Positions 9,560 through 19,085 of a DNA stretch of 64,000 nt are shown here, in pieces. Below the pieces are notes generated by a model that had not been told where the DNA came from, did no database searches, and saw only the letters and a program-made list of their open reading frames with translations. A program made the translations under genes and the position numbers. The DNA comes from Synergistota bacterium (GTDB taxonomy: Bacteria; Synergistota; GBS-1). Positions within the stretch are counted from its first letter, which is position 1; each line of letters opens with the position of its first letter. Location of the stretch: the NCBI GenBank assembly GCA_025060595.1, contig JANXBX010000001.1, positions 20,459 through 84,458 of the forward strand, read 5' to 3'.

Positions 9560-10540
9560 TTAAAGAATAGACTTTGCAGCCTTGATAATATCCTCAACCT
9601 GAGGTATGACAAACCTCTCAAGGGGTGGAGAAAAAGGTATAGGAACATTTTTACCACAAACTCTCTTAACAGGAGCATCAAGATATTCAAAGGCCTTCTC
9701 CATTATTATTGAAACTATCTCTCCACCAAAACCGTTTCTCTCAACAGCTTCATGAACGACAACAGCCCTATGAGTCTTTCTAACCGAAGCTAAAATTTTC
9801 TCCTCATCAAGAGGGTAAAGCGTTCTAGGATCAACTACCTCAACAGAAAAACCATCCTTCTCAAGAATAGATGCAGCATCTAAAGCTTTATGAACCATCA
9901 AAGATGTAGCTATTATAGTAAGATCCTTACCTTCTCTCTTTATATCTGCAACACCTAGCGGTATTATATACTCTTCCTCTGGAACAGGACCTTTAAAACC
10001 GTAAAGCATCTTATGCTCCAAAAATACAACAGGGTTGTCGTCTCTTATAGAAGCCTTAAGCAAACCTTTAGCATCGTAAGGGGTTGATGGCATTACAACC
10101 TTAAGACCAGGAAGATGAGTAAACCAAGCTTCAAGACTTTGAGAATGCTGAGCCGCAGCAGAAAGCCCTCCTCCCACAGGAGTTCTAATAACCATGGGAA
10201 GTTTAACCTTTCCTCCAAACATATATCTCATCTTAGCTGCTTGATTAGTTATCTCGTCCATTGCTACACCCATGAAATCACAGAACATTATTTCTGCTAC
10301 AGGTCTCATACCTGTGGCAGCAGCCCCAACAGCAGAACCAATTATAGCTGTTTCACTTATAGGTGTATCTCTGACCCTATCATCTCCGAACTCTTCCCAA
10401 AGCCCTTTTGTAACTCCAAAGCAACCACCAAATCTTCCGACATCTTCACCACATATATATACCTTATCATCACGCTTCATTTCCTCCCTTAAAGCTTCCC
10501 TTATCGCTTCCGCATATGTAATCTCTCTCATTCCAAGCAC
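9560..10540 (-). CDS. TPP-dependent 2-oxoacid/acetoin dehydrogenase E1 component beta subunit
   Basis: Transketolase-like pyrimidine-binding and C-terminal domains (ICGEDVG, FGGEIV). The true start is probably MREITY, a few codons inside the ORF-track start. Confidence 0.9.
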   Translation of the reverse strand: MLGMREITYAEAIREALREEMKRDDKVYICGEDVGRFGGCFGVTKGLWEEFGDDRVRDTPISETAIIGSAVGAAATGMRPVAEIMFCDFMGVAMDEITNQAAKMRYMFGGKVKLPMVIRTPVGGGLSAAAQHSQSLEAWFTHLPGLKVVMPSTPYDAKGLLKASIRDDNPVVFLEHKMLYGFKGPVPEEEYIIPLGVADIKREGKDLTIIATSLMVHKALDAASILEKDGFSVEVVDPRTLYPLDEEKILASVRKTHRAVVVHEAVERNGFGGEIVSIIMEKAFEYLDAPVKRVCGKNVPIPFSPPLERFVIPQVEDIIKAAKSIL

Positions 10541-10543
10541 CCC

Positions 10544-11500
10544 CTAAGCATAAACATCCTCAAGAGCCTCTTCAGGCTCAGGATAGGGGCTATTTTCCGC
10601 AAACCTCACGGCTTCTTCAACTTCCCTAGCTATCATCTCCTCTATATCTCTTATCTTAGCTTCACTCAATATCCCCGCTTTAATAAGCCTCTCTTGAAAA
10701 CGCCTTATTGGACATTTTTTCTTCCATTCCTCTATTTCGTCTTGTGTTCTATAAGTTTGAGGATCCCCCTCAAAGTGTCCCCTCCAACGAGCTGTTTTAG
10801 CCTCTATCAATGTCGGACCCCCACCAGAGCGAGCTTTATTCACTGCCTCCTTAACTGCTTCGTAGACAGCTATAACATCGTTCCCATCTATAACAATCCC
10901 AGGCATACCGTAAGCCGAAGCTCTATCTGCCACATCATCGATCGCCATCCCCTTTCGCTGAGGCATCGATATGCCATACATATTATTCTCGCATAGAAAT
11001 ATAACAGGTAGCTTCCATATAGAGGCCATGTTTAAGCTTTCATGGAAAGTACCTCTATTTGATGCACCATCGCTAAAGAAACATAAAGCAACTCTTCCGT
11101 TCTTTTGTAAATAACTTGATAAGGCTGCACCCGTTGCTATTGGCAAACCAGCACCAACTATCCCATTAGCTCCGAGTATGCCCAGATCTACATCAGCTAT
11201 ATGCATAGATCCTCCTTTACCCTTACAATAGCCGGTCTTTTTACCGTAAAGCTCAGCCATCATATATTTAAGATCTCCGCCTTTAGCTATTAGATGCCCA
11301 TGTCCTCTGTGAGTACTAGTTATATAATCAGTGGGTTCTAAAGCTGAGCAAGCCCCAACAGCTACTGCCTCTTCACCTATGTAAGAGTGAACAAAACCCG
11401 GTATCTTACCTTGAGCAAAAAGCTCCACAACTTTTTCTTCGAACCGTCTTATCCTTAACATAGAAATATACATGTTAATCCACAGTTTTTCCTCACCCAA
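10544..11500 (-). CDS. TPP-dependent 2-oxoacid/acetoin dehydrogenase E1 component alpha subunit
   Basis: TPP-binding region GKGGSMH..GIVGAGLPIATGAA..SDGASNRGTFHESLN. Confidence 0.9.
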   Translation of the reverse strand: MGEEKLWINMYISMLRIRRFEEKVVELFAQGKIPGFVHSYIGEEAVAVGACSALEPTDYITSTHRGHGHLIAKGGDLKYMMAELYGKKTGYCKGKGGSMHIADVDLGILGANGIVGAGLPIATGAALSSYLQKNGRVALCFFSDGASNRGTFHESLNMASIWKLPVIFLCENNMYGISMPQRKGMAIDDVADRASAYGMPGIVIDGNDVIAVYEAVKEAVNKARSGGGPTLIEAKTARWRGHFEGDPQTYRTQDEIEEWKKKCPIRRFQERLIKAGILSEAKIRDIEEMIAREVEEAVRFAENSPYPEPEEALEDVYA

Positions 11501-11522
11501 GGTTCTCCCCTCCTAACTAAGA

Positions 11523-11882
11523 CTACCCGGGAACTTTGACAATTACACAAGCATTAACGACAACAATTTCTGAAGTCTCCCCAAACTTAGGAACATAAAT
11601 CCCGGGCACCTTAAGCCCTCCCTTTTCTAACCTTAACTCCACTTTACCTATGGGAATAGCTTTCTTTATTTCTTCCTCTTCTACCTCGCCTCCCTCAGGA
11701 ATACCAAGTATAACTTCTACAAGAACATCCTCGAGAGGAACGTTCAAAATTTCAATTAAACCACATAAACAAACGCGAGAAATAGCATCTTTAATAGCTT
11801 TTACGCTTGCATTAGTGTAATCTCCTCCATGGAGATCCAACCCCATACCAAACTCGATAACAAATCTTTTATAGTTATTCAT
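11523..11882 (-). CDS. Conserved hypothetical protein (possibly Lin0512-like family)
   Basis: 119 aa with motif GMGLDLHGGDYTNASVKAIKDAI. Overlaps the upstream small gene by 4 nt. Confidence 0.4.
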   Translation of the reverse strand: MNNYKRFVIEFGMGLDLHGGDYTNASVKAIKDAISRVCLCGLIEILNVPLEDVLVEVILGIPEGGEVEEEEIKKAIPIGKVELRLEKGGLKVPGIYVPKFGETSEIVVVNACVIVKVPG

Positions 11883-12184
11883 AGGAAAAACTCATCTCCA
11901 CTCTTTCCGCCAAGCCCAGGATGAAGATCGAATCTAACAACTCCCACACGAGCTTTTCTCTTAACAGCTTTAGCCACCATACTAACACCTTCGTTGCCAA
12001 AGCCACCGCAAAGCTCTATACAAGATATTCCCTCTCTCACTAAATCCACTGCAATTTGAGCACCTTCTTCGTAGCTTCTAACGCCAACCACATGAAGTTC
12101 GACCTCTCCGCTTTTAACCACGGTTCTATCTTTCCGAGAGTCTGCCTGAGGAGCTATAAAAATAAAAGCAGCCCTCAAAGCCAA
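11879..12184 (-). CDS. Conserved hypothetical protein
   Basis: 101 aa, operonic with the previous gene; no recognisable family. Confidence 0.35.
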   Translation of the reverse strand: MALRAAFIFIAPQADSRKDRTVVKSGEVELHVVGVRSYEEGAQIAVDLVREGISCIELCGGFGNEGVSMVAKAVKRKARVGVVRFDLHPGLGGKSGDEFFL

Positions 12185-12207
12185 TATAAGATCACCTCCT
12201 AAACAAC

Positions 12208-13008
12208 TTATATATATGCTGCCTTTATCATACCTCCATCCACATTAATGGCTTGACCTGTTATGTAGCTTGCTTTTTCCGAAGCCAGGAACAAAACCAC
12301 ATTAGCTATCTCCTCAGGATAACCATAACGACCTAGCGGAATATTTCCTTTAGCAAAAGCTTCTATAGCCTCAGCAGAAGATAACCCTAACATTTTACCT
12401 AACTGGTCACCAAGCTGTCCTGGCCCTTCCCATAAAGGAGTTCTCACCGGTCCTGGACAAACAGCATTAACGAGTATCCCATACTTAGCCAAATAATTAG
12501 CAAAATCTTTGGTCACCATGATCACGGCAGCCTTAGCAGTATCATAATCCAGCAATCCACCTGGCTGCTTACCAAATATAGAAGAAATGTTGATAATCCT
12601 TCCCCATTTATTCTCACGCATATAAGGAACCACCGCCCTACTTAAGCGTACAACAGCGTATACCATTAAATCCATATTGAAGAAGAACTGCTCCTCAGGA
12701 AGCTCCATAAGATCGCTAAAGCGCGCAGTTCCAGCATTGTTAACTAAGATATCTATACGACCAAACCTTTTAACCGTTTCTTTTACAAATTTATCTATAT
12801 CCTCCTTCTTAGTTACGTCAGCTCGAACAGCCAAAACTTCAACACCCTTCTTCTTAAGCTCATCAGCAGTCATATACAACCTTTCCTCGTTTATATCGCA
12901 CAAGGACAATTTACAACCTTCATCGGCAAACGCTACAGCACAAGCCTTACCTATCCCCTGAGCCGCCCCAGTAATCATAACGACCTTATTTCTTATACCC
13001 AAATCCAT
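12208..13008 (-). CDS. Short-chain dehydrogenase/reductase (SDR) family oxidoreductase
   Basis: Rossmann motif VMITGAAQGIGKA and a catalytic YxxxK-type region. I place the start at the internal MDLGIRNK, with GGGGGTGAAAGG Shine-Dalgarno 4-8 nt upstream, rather than the ORF-track 13053. Confidence 0.8.
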   Translation of the reverse strand: MDLGIRNKVVMITGAAQGIGKACAVAFADEGCKLSLCDINEERLYMTADELKKKGVEVLAVRADVTKKEDIDKFVKETVKRFGRIDILVNNAGTARFSDLMELPEEQFFFNMDLMVYAVVRLSRAVVPYMRENKWGRIINISSIFGKQPGGLLDYDTAKAAVIMVTKDFANYLAKYGILVNAVCPGPVRTPLWEGPGQLGDQLGKMLGLSSAEAIEAFAKGNIPLGRYGYPEEIANVVLFLASEKASYITGQAINVDGGMIKAAYI

Positions 13009-13134
13009 CCTTTCACCCCCTATAGAAATAATCTCTATAAGATAATATAGCATTAAGGTTTACCTATTCAAGTTCGAAAACATACTTTAAAGCAACCATT
13101 TACCTATATTCTCATAATTTTCTTTCAAATATTT

Positions 13135-14658
13135 TTAAGTTCTCTTCTTCTTCAAAAGTTTCAAAAGTTTACTCATAAAAATGCTCCCTTCTTCTATCTT
13201 AAATCTTCTACACAGTAAAGCATAAGGTAAAAACATAAAAAGAGAAAAAAACATAGAAAGCCAGGAATTACTAATAAAAAGAAGAGCAAAAATGGAAAAA
13301 ACTAGAAAAACCAAAGATGGAAGAAATATCTTAAGGGAATAGAAAAAGAGATCGACATGAACAGACCTCATAGCAAGAGCTCTTTTTAAAAAAAGAAAAT
13401 TCAAAACAAAAGCTATAGATGTAGCAAGCGCAAGTCCAGGAGGACCAAAAAGCTTTCCAAAGATTATATTCAAGATAGCATTAAAGACTACGATCCAAGC
13501 ATTTATTATCGTGGGTGTTTTAGTATCTTTAAGCGCATAAAAAGCCCTCATAAATATATGAACCAGAGCTGAAAAAACAAGACCCACAGAATAAAACCTT
13601 AGCGTCATATAAGTATTTTTAAAAGCCCATTCAGAAAAAGCTCCTCTAAAAAATATGATTTTTACAAGAATTGGAGAATAGAGAAAAATAAATATTGAAG
13701 CAGGTATAACGATAAATAAAGCTATCTTTGAAGCAGATAATAAAGTGTCTTTAAACTCCTTAAGTCCATCTTTTAAAACATCTTGAGAAAGTAAGGGAAG
13801 AGCCACAGTAGAAAAAGAAACAGCAAACACACCCAAGGGAAGTTGATAAAGCCTAAAAGCGTAATTTATAACAGATATACCTCCAGGGGAAAGCAAAGAA
13901 GCTACTATCTTGTCTACAAGATTTTGAACCTGATGTATAGCCAGCCCGAAAGTAAGAGGAGCCATCATTAAAGCTATCCTTCTTATTCCCTCATGGGTAA
14001 AATCCAAAAGAGCCTCATGTCTCCAACCAAGCTTTCTTAGCCATAAAAGCTGAAACAACCATTGCAAAAGCCCACCAAGAGTTGAGCCAATAGCAACGGA
14101 ATATATCCCGAGAGATCTATAAAGAAATAAGGATAAAACTATAATCGAAATGTTGAAGAAAGCAGAAGCCACACCAGGTATGAAAAAGTTACCAAAAGAG
14201 TTTAAAACCCCCATTGTCAAGGCAGCAAGGCTTACAAAAAATATAAAGGGCATGGTTATCTTAGCGAGAGAAACACACAAATTATAAGTATCTAAAGAAA
14301 ATCCGGGTGCTAACAGCTTAACTAAATAGGGAAGAAGAAGATAACCTAAAGGTATAAGTATCCCAAAGAGTAAGAAAAGAAGATTCAAAATAATATTAAG
14401 AAGCTTCCAAGCTCCTTCTCTCCCTTCCTTAATAAGATACTCATTAAAGACTGGGACAAAAGAGGAACCTAAAGCTCCCTCAGCTAGAAGCTGCCTTAAA
14501 AGATTAGGGATAAGAAAAGCGATTAAAAAGGCATCGTAAGCAGGCGTCGCACCAAAGAGAAAAGCCATTACGCTCTCTCTCAAAAGCCCTAAAAATCTAC
14601 TTATCAAAGTTCCAAACATCATTATAATAGCATTAGAAAAGATACCTTTCCTATCCAT
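13135..14658 (-). CDS. murJ: Lipid II flippase MurJ/MviN
   Basis: 507 aa with about 14 TM segments and the MurJ N-terminal pattern (FLGLLRESVMAFLFGATPAYDAFLIAFLIPNLLRQLLAEGAL). Confidence 0.85.
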   Translation of the reverse strand: MDRKGIFSNAIIMMFGTLISRFLGLLRESVMAFLFGATPAYDAFLIAFLIPNLLRQLLAEGALGSSFVPVFNEYLIKEGREGAWKLLNIILNLLFLLFGILIPLGYLLLPYLVKLLAPGFSLDTYNLCVSLAKITMPFIFFVSLAALTMGVLNSFGNFFIPGVASAFFNISIIVLSLFLYRSLGIYSVAIGSTLGGLLQWLFQLLWLRKLGWRHEALLDFTHEGIRRIALMMAPLTFGLAIHQVQNLVDKIVASLLSPGGISVINYAFRLYQLPLGVFAVSFSTVALPLLSQDVLKDGLKEFKDTLLSASKIALFIVIPASIFIFLYSPILVKIIFFRGAFSEWAFKNTYMTLRFYSVGLVFSALVHIFMRAFYALKDTKTPTIINAWIVVFNAILNIIFGKLFGPPGLALATSIAFVLNFLFLKRALAMRSVHVDLFFYSLKIFLPSLVFLVFSIFALLFISNSWLSMFFSLFMFLPYALLCRRFKIEEGSIFMSKLLKLLKKKRT

Positions 14659-14683
14659 AGCCTATGAGAAGGGAGGGATATCC

Positions 14684-15133
14684 CTGAAGAGAATACTCCT
14701 TGGTGTGGGTAATGAACTTCTAGGGGACGATGGTGTAGGCCCTTGGATAGCTAAAAGAATAAATGGAATAAGAGGATGGATAGGGTTAGATGTGGGAACA
14801 GCTCCTGAGAACTTTACTTCCCTCATAAGAAGAGAAAAGCCCTCTCTTCTTGTAATAATCGATGCCACAGAAATGAATTTACTACCTGGAGAAATAAGAA
14901 TGATACCATTAGAGAAAATCCCAAAGTTAACGTACTTTTCAACCCATACACTATCTCTCTCTTTTCTAATAGAAAGCTTAAAAGGTGATGTCAAAAATAT
15001 CCTTTTTATAGGAGTGCAACCCAAGGCTATAGCCTTGGGTTGCACATTATCAGAAGAAGTATTAACTTCAGCTAAAAGGCTTCTTAACTTACTTATATCT
15101 AACAAATTCCTTGAAGAACTCACTTCACTATGA
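14684..15133 (+). CDS. hycI: [NiFe]-hydrogenase maturation endopeptidase (HycI/HybD family)
   Basis: Motif (K)RILLGVGNELLGDDGVG. The conserved N-terminus lies upstream of the first GTG (14705). AGGGAGGG Shine-Dalgarno sits 6 nt before a CTG at 14684. The antisense ORF 14662-15123 is spurious. Confidence 0.7.
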   Translation: MKRILLGVGNELLGDDGVGPWIAKRINGIRGWIGLDVGTAPENFTSLIRREKPSLLVIIDATEMNLLPGEIRMIPLEKIPKLTYFSTHTLSLSFLIESLKGDVKNILFIGVQPKAIALGCTLSEEVLTSAKRLLNLLISNKFLEELTSL

Positions 15134-15521
15134 GAGAATCTGAATATTTATTGTAATCAGCTAATAAAAACTCCGGACTCATGCTTAGACACTTTACTGG
15201 ACAAATATCATTACACTGCGAGCAAAAAGTGCATCTAGCAACATATATTTTTATCTTTTTCTCTGAGGGAAGAAACTCTATAGCACCTGCAGGACAAACC
15301 CTTATACACTGCCTACAACCTATACACTTATCTCTATCGTAAGATATCTTACCTCTAAAGCCTGGCGGAGTCTCTATAGGCGGAATAAGTTTAATTTCTC
15401 CACTTTTAACGGCCTCTAAGAACTCTAAAACCGAATCAGGAGCATACTTTGCAGGAAAAAGATTCGTCTCCGGTCCTCCAAAGAGCTGTTTGAAAAGCTC
15501 AAGAATCATTGGGGTAGCCAT
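15120..15521 (-). CDS. Mbh subunit N-like 2x[4Fe-4S] ferredoxin subunit (NuoI/HycF-like)
   Basis: Two CxxCxxCxxxCP motifs (CIGCRQCIRVCP and CTFCSQCNDICP). Confidence 0.8.
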   Translation of the reverse strand: MATPMILELFKQLFGGPETNLFPAKYAPDSVLEFLEAVKSGEIKLIPPIETPPGFRGKISYDRDKCIGCRQCIRVCPAGAIEFLPSEKKIKIYVARCTFCSQCNDICPVKCLSMSPEFLLADYNKYSDSLIVK

Positions 15522-15539
15522 TCTATAATTGCACCTCCT

Positions 15540-16526
15540 TTAAACTAACTTGTCACAAACCATCAGCAACAAACCAACCATGCTTGTTAAAAGCAAGGGA
15601 AACCAATATAGAGATGCTATCTGGTCAACCTTTAGTCTGGCAAACGCAACCCTAACCAAGGTTACAGAAAAAGTAAGTAAAACTAAAACCTTAATCCAGA
15701 AAAAGAGAAAATCCAAAATATAAGCACCCATTCCTGAGATTCCTAAAATAGAAGAGAGGTTCCATGGAAAAAACAAGTTAACAATTAAAGCGGTCATTCC
15801 TATAGTTTTAACACCATCAGCTATATAAAATAGAGCGTAATTCTTACCAGAGTACTCAACCATCACTCCTTCAGCTATCTCAGTTTCAGCTTCAGCAATA
15901 TCAAATGGAATCTTCCCAAGCTCTGCTGGAGTAACAACAAGTATAGCTATTAGTATCAAAAGAGCGCCAAACACACCTAAAACTCCCAAATTAGACCAAA
16001 TTGGTTTAAGTACATAAGTATATAGTGAAAAGGAAGGGAGATCCGGAAAGGTTTTCGAATAATACCAAGCTAAAGCTATAATAGCAGTAGCTAATGGGAA
16101 TTCATAACTCATCAAAAGAACCATTTCTCTTTGGGCTCCTACTGTAGCAAAGGGAGATCCCGATGCAAAGCCACCAGCAACGATTGCTATAGCAGCAACT
16201 GTAAAAATGTATATAATTAAAATTATATCTCCTCTATCTCCCAAAAGCGGTGGTAAGCTTCCCATCGGTTGATAGAAGAAAAGGCTAATCGAGGCAAGCA
16301 AGGCTAACCAAGGAGCTCCGTTAAATATCCAAGGGACAGCATTTTCTGGAACGATGTTTTCCTTTTGTAAAAGCTTTATAACATCATAGAAGGGCTGAAT
16401 TATAGGCGGTCCAAATCTAGCCTGCAACCTAGCAGCTATTTTCCTATCTATACCTTTGTAAAGGAGCCCCACAAACATAACAAAAATAGAAAGAAAAATG
16501 GTAAGAAGAATCTTTAAGGCTAACAT
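15540..16526 (-). CDS. Mbh subunit M-like membrane subunit (NuoH/HycD family)
   Basis: 328-aa polytopic membrane protein; NuoH-like. Confidence 0.8.
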   Translation of the reverse strand: MLALKILLTIFLSIFVMFVGLLYKGIDRKIAARLQARFGPPIIQPFYDVIKLLQKENIVPENAVPWIFNGAPWLALLASISLFFYQPMGSLPPLLGDRGDIILIIYIFTVAAIAIVAGGFASGSPFATVGAQREMVLLMSYEFPLATAIIALAWYYSKTFPDLPSFSLYTYVLKPIWSNLGVLGVFGALLILIAILVVTPAELGKIPFDIAEAETEIAEGVMVEYSGKNYALFYIADGVKTIGMTALIVNLFFPWNLSSILGISGMGAYILDFLFFWIKVLVLLTFSVTLVRVAFARLKVDQIASLYWFPLLLTSMVGLLLMVCDKLV

Positions 16527-17755
16527 TTTTTCCTCATCCTCCTTGTTTTTTCAACGCTCATCTTATGCAACTCTTCATGAGTCAGTATCTCTTTTCTACC
16601 GGAAGGATAAACAACCGTAACTCTATTGAGACAAGACATACAGGGATCAGTTGAAGCCACTATTATAGGAATATCAGCCACTTCAGCATCTTTAAACATC
16701 GGAACCCACGGTAGCAAGTTGTTATACGTCGGGGCCCTTATTTTCCAAACCGCTAGATTTTCACTACCAGCGACTATCTTAACATAGTGAACATCTTCAC
16801 CTCTTGGTCCTTCGTGCCTACCTACTCCTTCCCCTTCTCCTTTCTTTATGAGATTAAGAAGCTTAACAAGATTCTTTTCATAAACTATGTCTCCTTCAGG
16901 CATCATGGTTAACGCTTTATCTATAAGATCTATAGACTGATCTATCTCAAGAAGACGAACCACAGTTTTATCGTAAACATCTCCTACAATCTCACCTGTA
17001 TATATGTCTGGAGTTATAGCTTTAACACCAATATCTGCATAAGCAATATAAGGCTGATCTTGACGAATATCCTTGGGCACGCCTGAAGCCCTCAAAGTTG
17101 GTCCTACAGCACAAAGAGAAAGAGCGTCTTCCTTACTAAGTATACCTACATTTCTTGTCCTCATCATGAAAGTAGGATCCTCAAGAAGTAAGACCTTTAT
17201 TCTCTCCGAAAGAGTCCTATAGTAATCCAGCGATTTCCATATTTCACGACGGAGCTCCTCATTTATGTCCCTTCTAACGCCCCCTATTTGAACTATAGCA
17301 TAGTTAACCCTATTCCCAGTGATTTTTTCCAACAGATCCATAACGTTCTCCCTGATCTTCCACAATAACATAAACGCAGAATCAAATCCGACTTCATGCG
17401 CTGCAACGCCAGCCCACAATATATGAGAGTGAATTCTCTCAAGCTCAGCCACAATCAATCTTATATACTGAGCTCTCGGGGGAACCTCTATATTAAGAGC
17501 TTTCTCAACAGCAAAAGCCAAAGCCAAAGCATGCGTAACGGAACATATACCACAGATTCGCTCGGAAATATAAAGGCACTGTATAGGATTCCTTCTTGTT
17601 CCTATCCACTCTATACCACGATGAGCGTGTCCAGCGTATATCTTTACGTCTTTAACTCTTTCCCCCTCTATTTCAAAATGAAACTCTATAGGCTCTTTTA
17701 GGGCAGGATGAATCGGCCCTACTGGAACACTATACCCATAGCTTACTTTTCCCAT
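16520..17755 (-). CDS. Membrane-bound [NiFe] hydrogenase large (catalytic) subunit, Mbh/Ech group 4 (NuoD-like)
   Basis: N-terminal RICGICSVTH and C-terminal DPCMSCLNR Ni-Fe ligand pairs are both retained; NuoD-like core. Confidence 0.9.
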   Translation of the reverse strand: MGKVSYGYSVPVGPIHPALKEPIEFHFEIEGERVKDVKIYAGHAHRGIEWIGTRRNPIQCLYISERICGICSVTHALALAFAVEKALNIEVPPRAQYIRLIVAELERIHSHILWAGVAAHEVGFDSAFMLLWKIRENVMDLLEKITGNRVNYAIVQIGGVRRDINEELRREIWKSLDYYRTLSERIKVLLLEDPTFMMRTRNVGILSKEDALSLCAVGPTLRASGVPKDIRQDQPYIAYADIGVKAITPDIYTGEIVGDVYDKTVVRLLEIDQSIDLIDKALTMMPEGDIVYEKNLVKLLNLIKKGEGEGVGRHEGPRGEDVHYVKIVAGSENLAVWKIRAPTYNNLLPWVPMFKDAEVADIPIIVASTDPCMSCLNRVTVVYPSGRKEILTHEELHKMSVEKTRRMRKKC

Positions 17756-17769
17756 ACTTTATAGTCACC

Positions 17770-18291
17770 TCACTCGTTAACCTTTCTAATCAAACTTTGA
17801 GGTCCTTTTTCATCCTTTCTCCATGGATAAATCCCTTCAGGAAAATCATCAGCAAGAAAAACATGTTTTCTTTCCGGAAGGTTCTCATACACAACTCCTA
17901 TCATTTCTTCCTTCTCCTGCTCTGTTATCAAAGCACCTGGAATAAGATGACTTATAGATGGTAATCTAGGATCGCTTTTAGGAACCTTAACCTTAACATT
18001 TATTTGGAGCTCCCTGCTAAACTCTCCCCCATATATAGCAAAATGATATATAACTTGAATATCCTCTCCAATATCCTCAGCAGAAGCAACCATAGAATGA
18101 GGATACTCATCTAGCTCTTTAAGTATTGATACAAACCTCGGTAAAGCGAATGGCTTAATTTCTAACCATATTTCCTTATTTTCCAATTTTTTTACTCCAG
18201 CATTCCAGGTTTTTATTTCACCATTTATAAAATCTTCCCCTAGTCTTTCCTTAACAAGGGAGATTATCTCCTTCGCTTCAAGAATTTTCAT
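17770..18291 (-). CDS. Mbh subunit K-like (NuoC-like)
   Basis: 173 aa, NuoC/HycE-N-terminal-like. Sits between the small and large subunits as in group 4 hydrogenases. Confidence 0.75.
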   Translation of the reverse strand: MKILEAKEIISLVKERLGEDFINGEIKTWNAGVKKLENKEIWLEIKPFALPRFVSILKELDEYPHSMVASAEDIGEDIQVIYHFAIYGGEFSRELQINVKVKVPKSDPRLPSISHLIPGALITEQEKEEMIGVVYENLPERKHVFLADDFPEGIYPWRKDEKGPQSLIRKVNE

Positions 18292-18293
18292 CT

Positions 18294-18737
18294 CTAAGCT
18301 GCCACCTCCTCACCCCTACGTAGCTTCTCAAGCTTTACCCATGCCTGAACAACACCATAAACTATAGCCTCAGGACGTGGTGGACAACCAGGAACATACA
18401 CATCAACGGGTATTATTCTATCTATAGGACCCCATATATTATATGACTCGTAAAACACGCCACCGGTAGAACCACATCCTCCAACAACCATAACAACTTT
18501 GGGATCAGGTATCTGCTCATAAATTCTCTTCAACTTATCAGCCATTTTATGAGTTACGGGACCTGTAACAACTAAAACATCAGCATGACGAGGTGAACCG
18601 ACAAGCCTTATACCAAATCTCTCAGGATCATGACGAGGCATCAAAGCCGCCAGTATCTCTATATCACAGCCATTACAGGAGCCGCTATTAAAGTGGAATA
18701 CCCAAAGAGATTTATGGAAATACTCATTTATCATCAT
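18294..18737 (-). CDS. Group 4 [NiFe] hydrogenase small subunit (NuoB-like, Mbh subunit J-like)
   Basis: Motifs CNGCDIE, GSPRHADVLVVTGPV, GGCGSTGG and VPGCPPRP (proximal [4Fe-4S] ligands). Confidence 0.9.
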   Translation of the reverse strand: MMINEYFHKSLWVFHFNSGSCNGCDIEILAALMPRHDPERFGIRLVGSPRHADVLVVTGPVTHKMADKLKRIYEQIPDPKVVMVVGGCGSTGGVFYESYNIWGPIDRIIPVDVYVPGCPPRPEAIVYGVVQAWVKLEKLRRGEEVAA

Positions 18738-18747
18738 TCAACCCTCC

Positions 18748-19083
18748 CTAAACAAGTAATATTACAAGACCAATTATCATCAACATACCAACAAGCCAAC
18801 CTACATAATCAGAAACATCACCTGTATGCATTTCTATAAGAGGATCATAATAACCCTTTAAAGCCTCAACGAATCCCCAATATATGTTACTTGCTCTTAC
18901 GTGAAGCTCACCCTTTTCAGGAGTAGGATTACCGCTTAAAAAGGGCTTTACCTGCTCTGTTCCTTTTTTGTAATCGCTTCTTCCCTTGCTCCATATCCAA
19001 TAAACCAAGAGAGAGGCCAAAATCATACTCACAAGCCAAACTATAGGATCCCAAAAACCCTGTCCTGTATATATAAGAGTCAT
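18748..19083 (-). CDS. Mbh subunit I-like small membrane protein
   Basis: 111 aa, 2 TM, positionally equivalent to MbhI. Confidence 0.55.
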   Translation of the reverse strand: MTLIYTGQGFWDPIVWLVSMILASLLVYWIWSKGRSDYKKGTEQVKPFLSGNPTPEKGELHVRASNIYWGFVEALKGYYDPLIEMHTGDVSDYVGWLVGMLMIIGLVILLV

Positions 19084-19085
19084 TA

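Noticed and set aside
12208-13053. Long N-terminal extension (MLYYLIEIISIGGER) of the SDR and similar extensions on argF, apgM, fusA-like, PhzF and E1 beta
   Set aside because: The extensions lack Shine-Dalgarno sequences, whereas internal ATGs have well-spaced GGAGG-type Shine-Dalgarno sequences and give family-typical N-termini.
14662-15123. 153-aa minus-strand ORF
   Set aside because: It is antisense to the HycI-like protease gene, whose protein carries clear family motifs. It has no conserved features.
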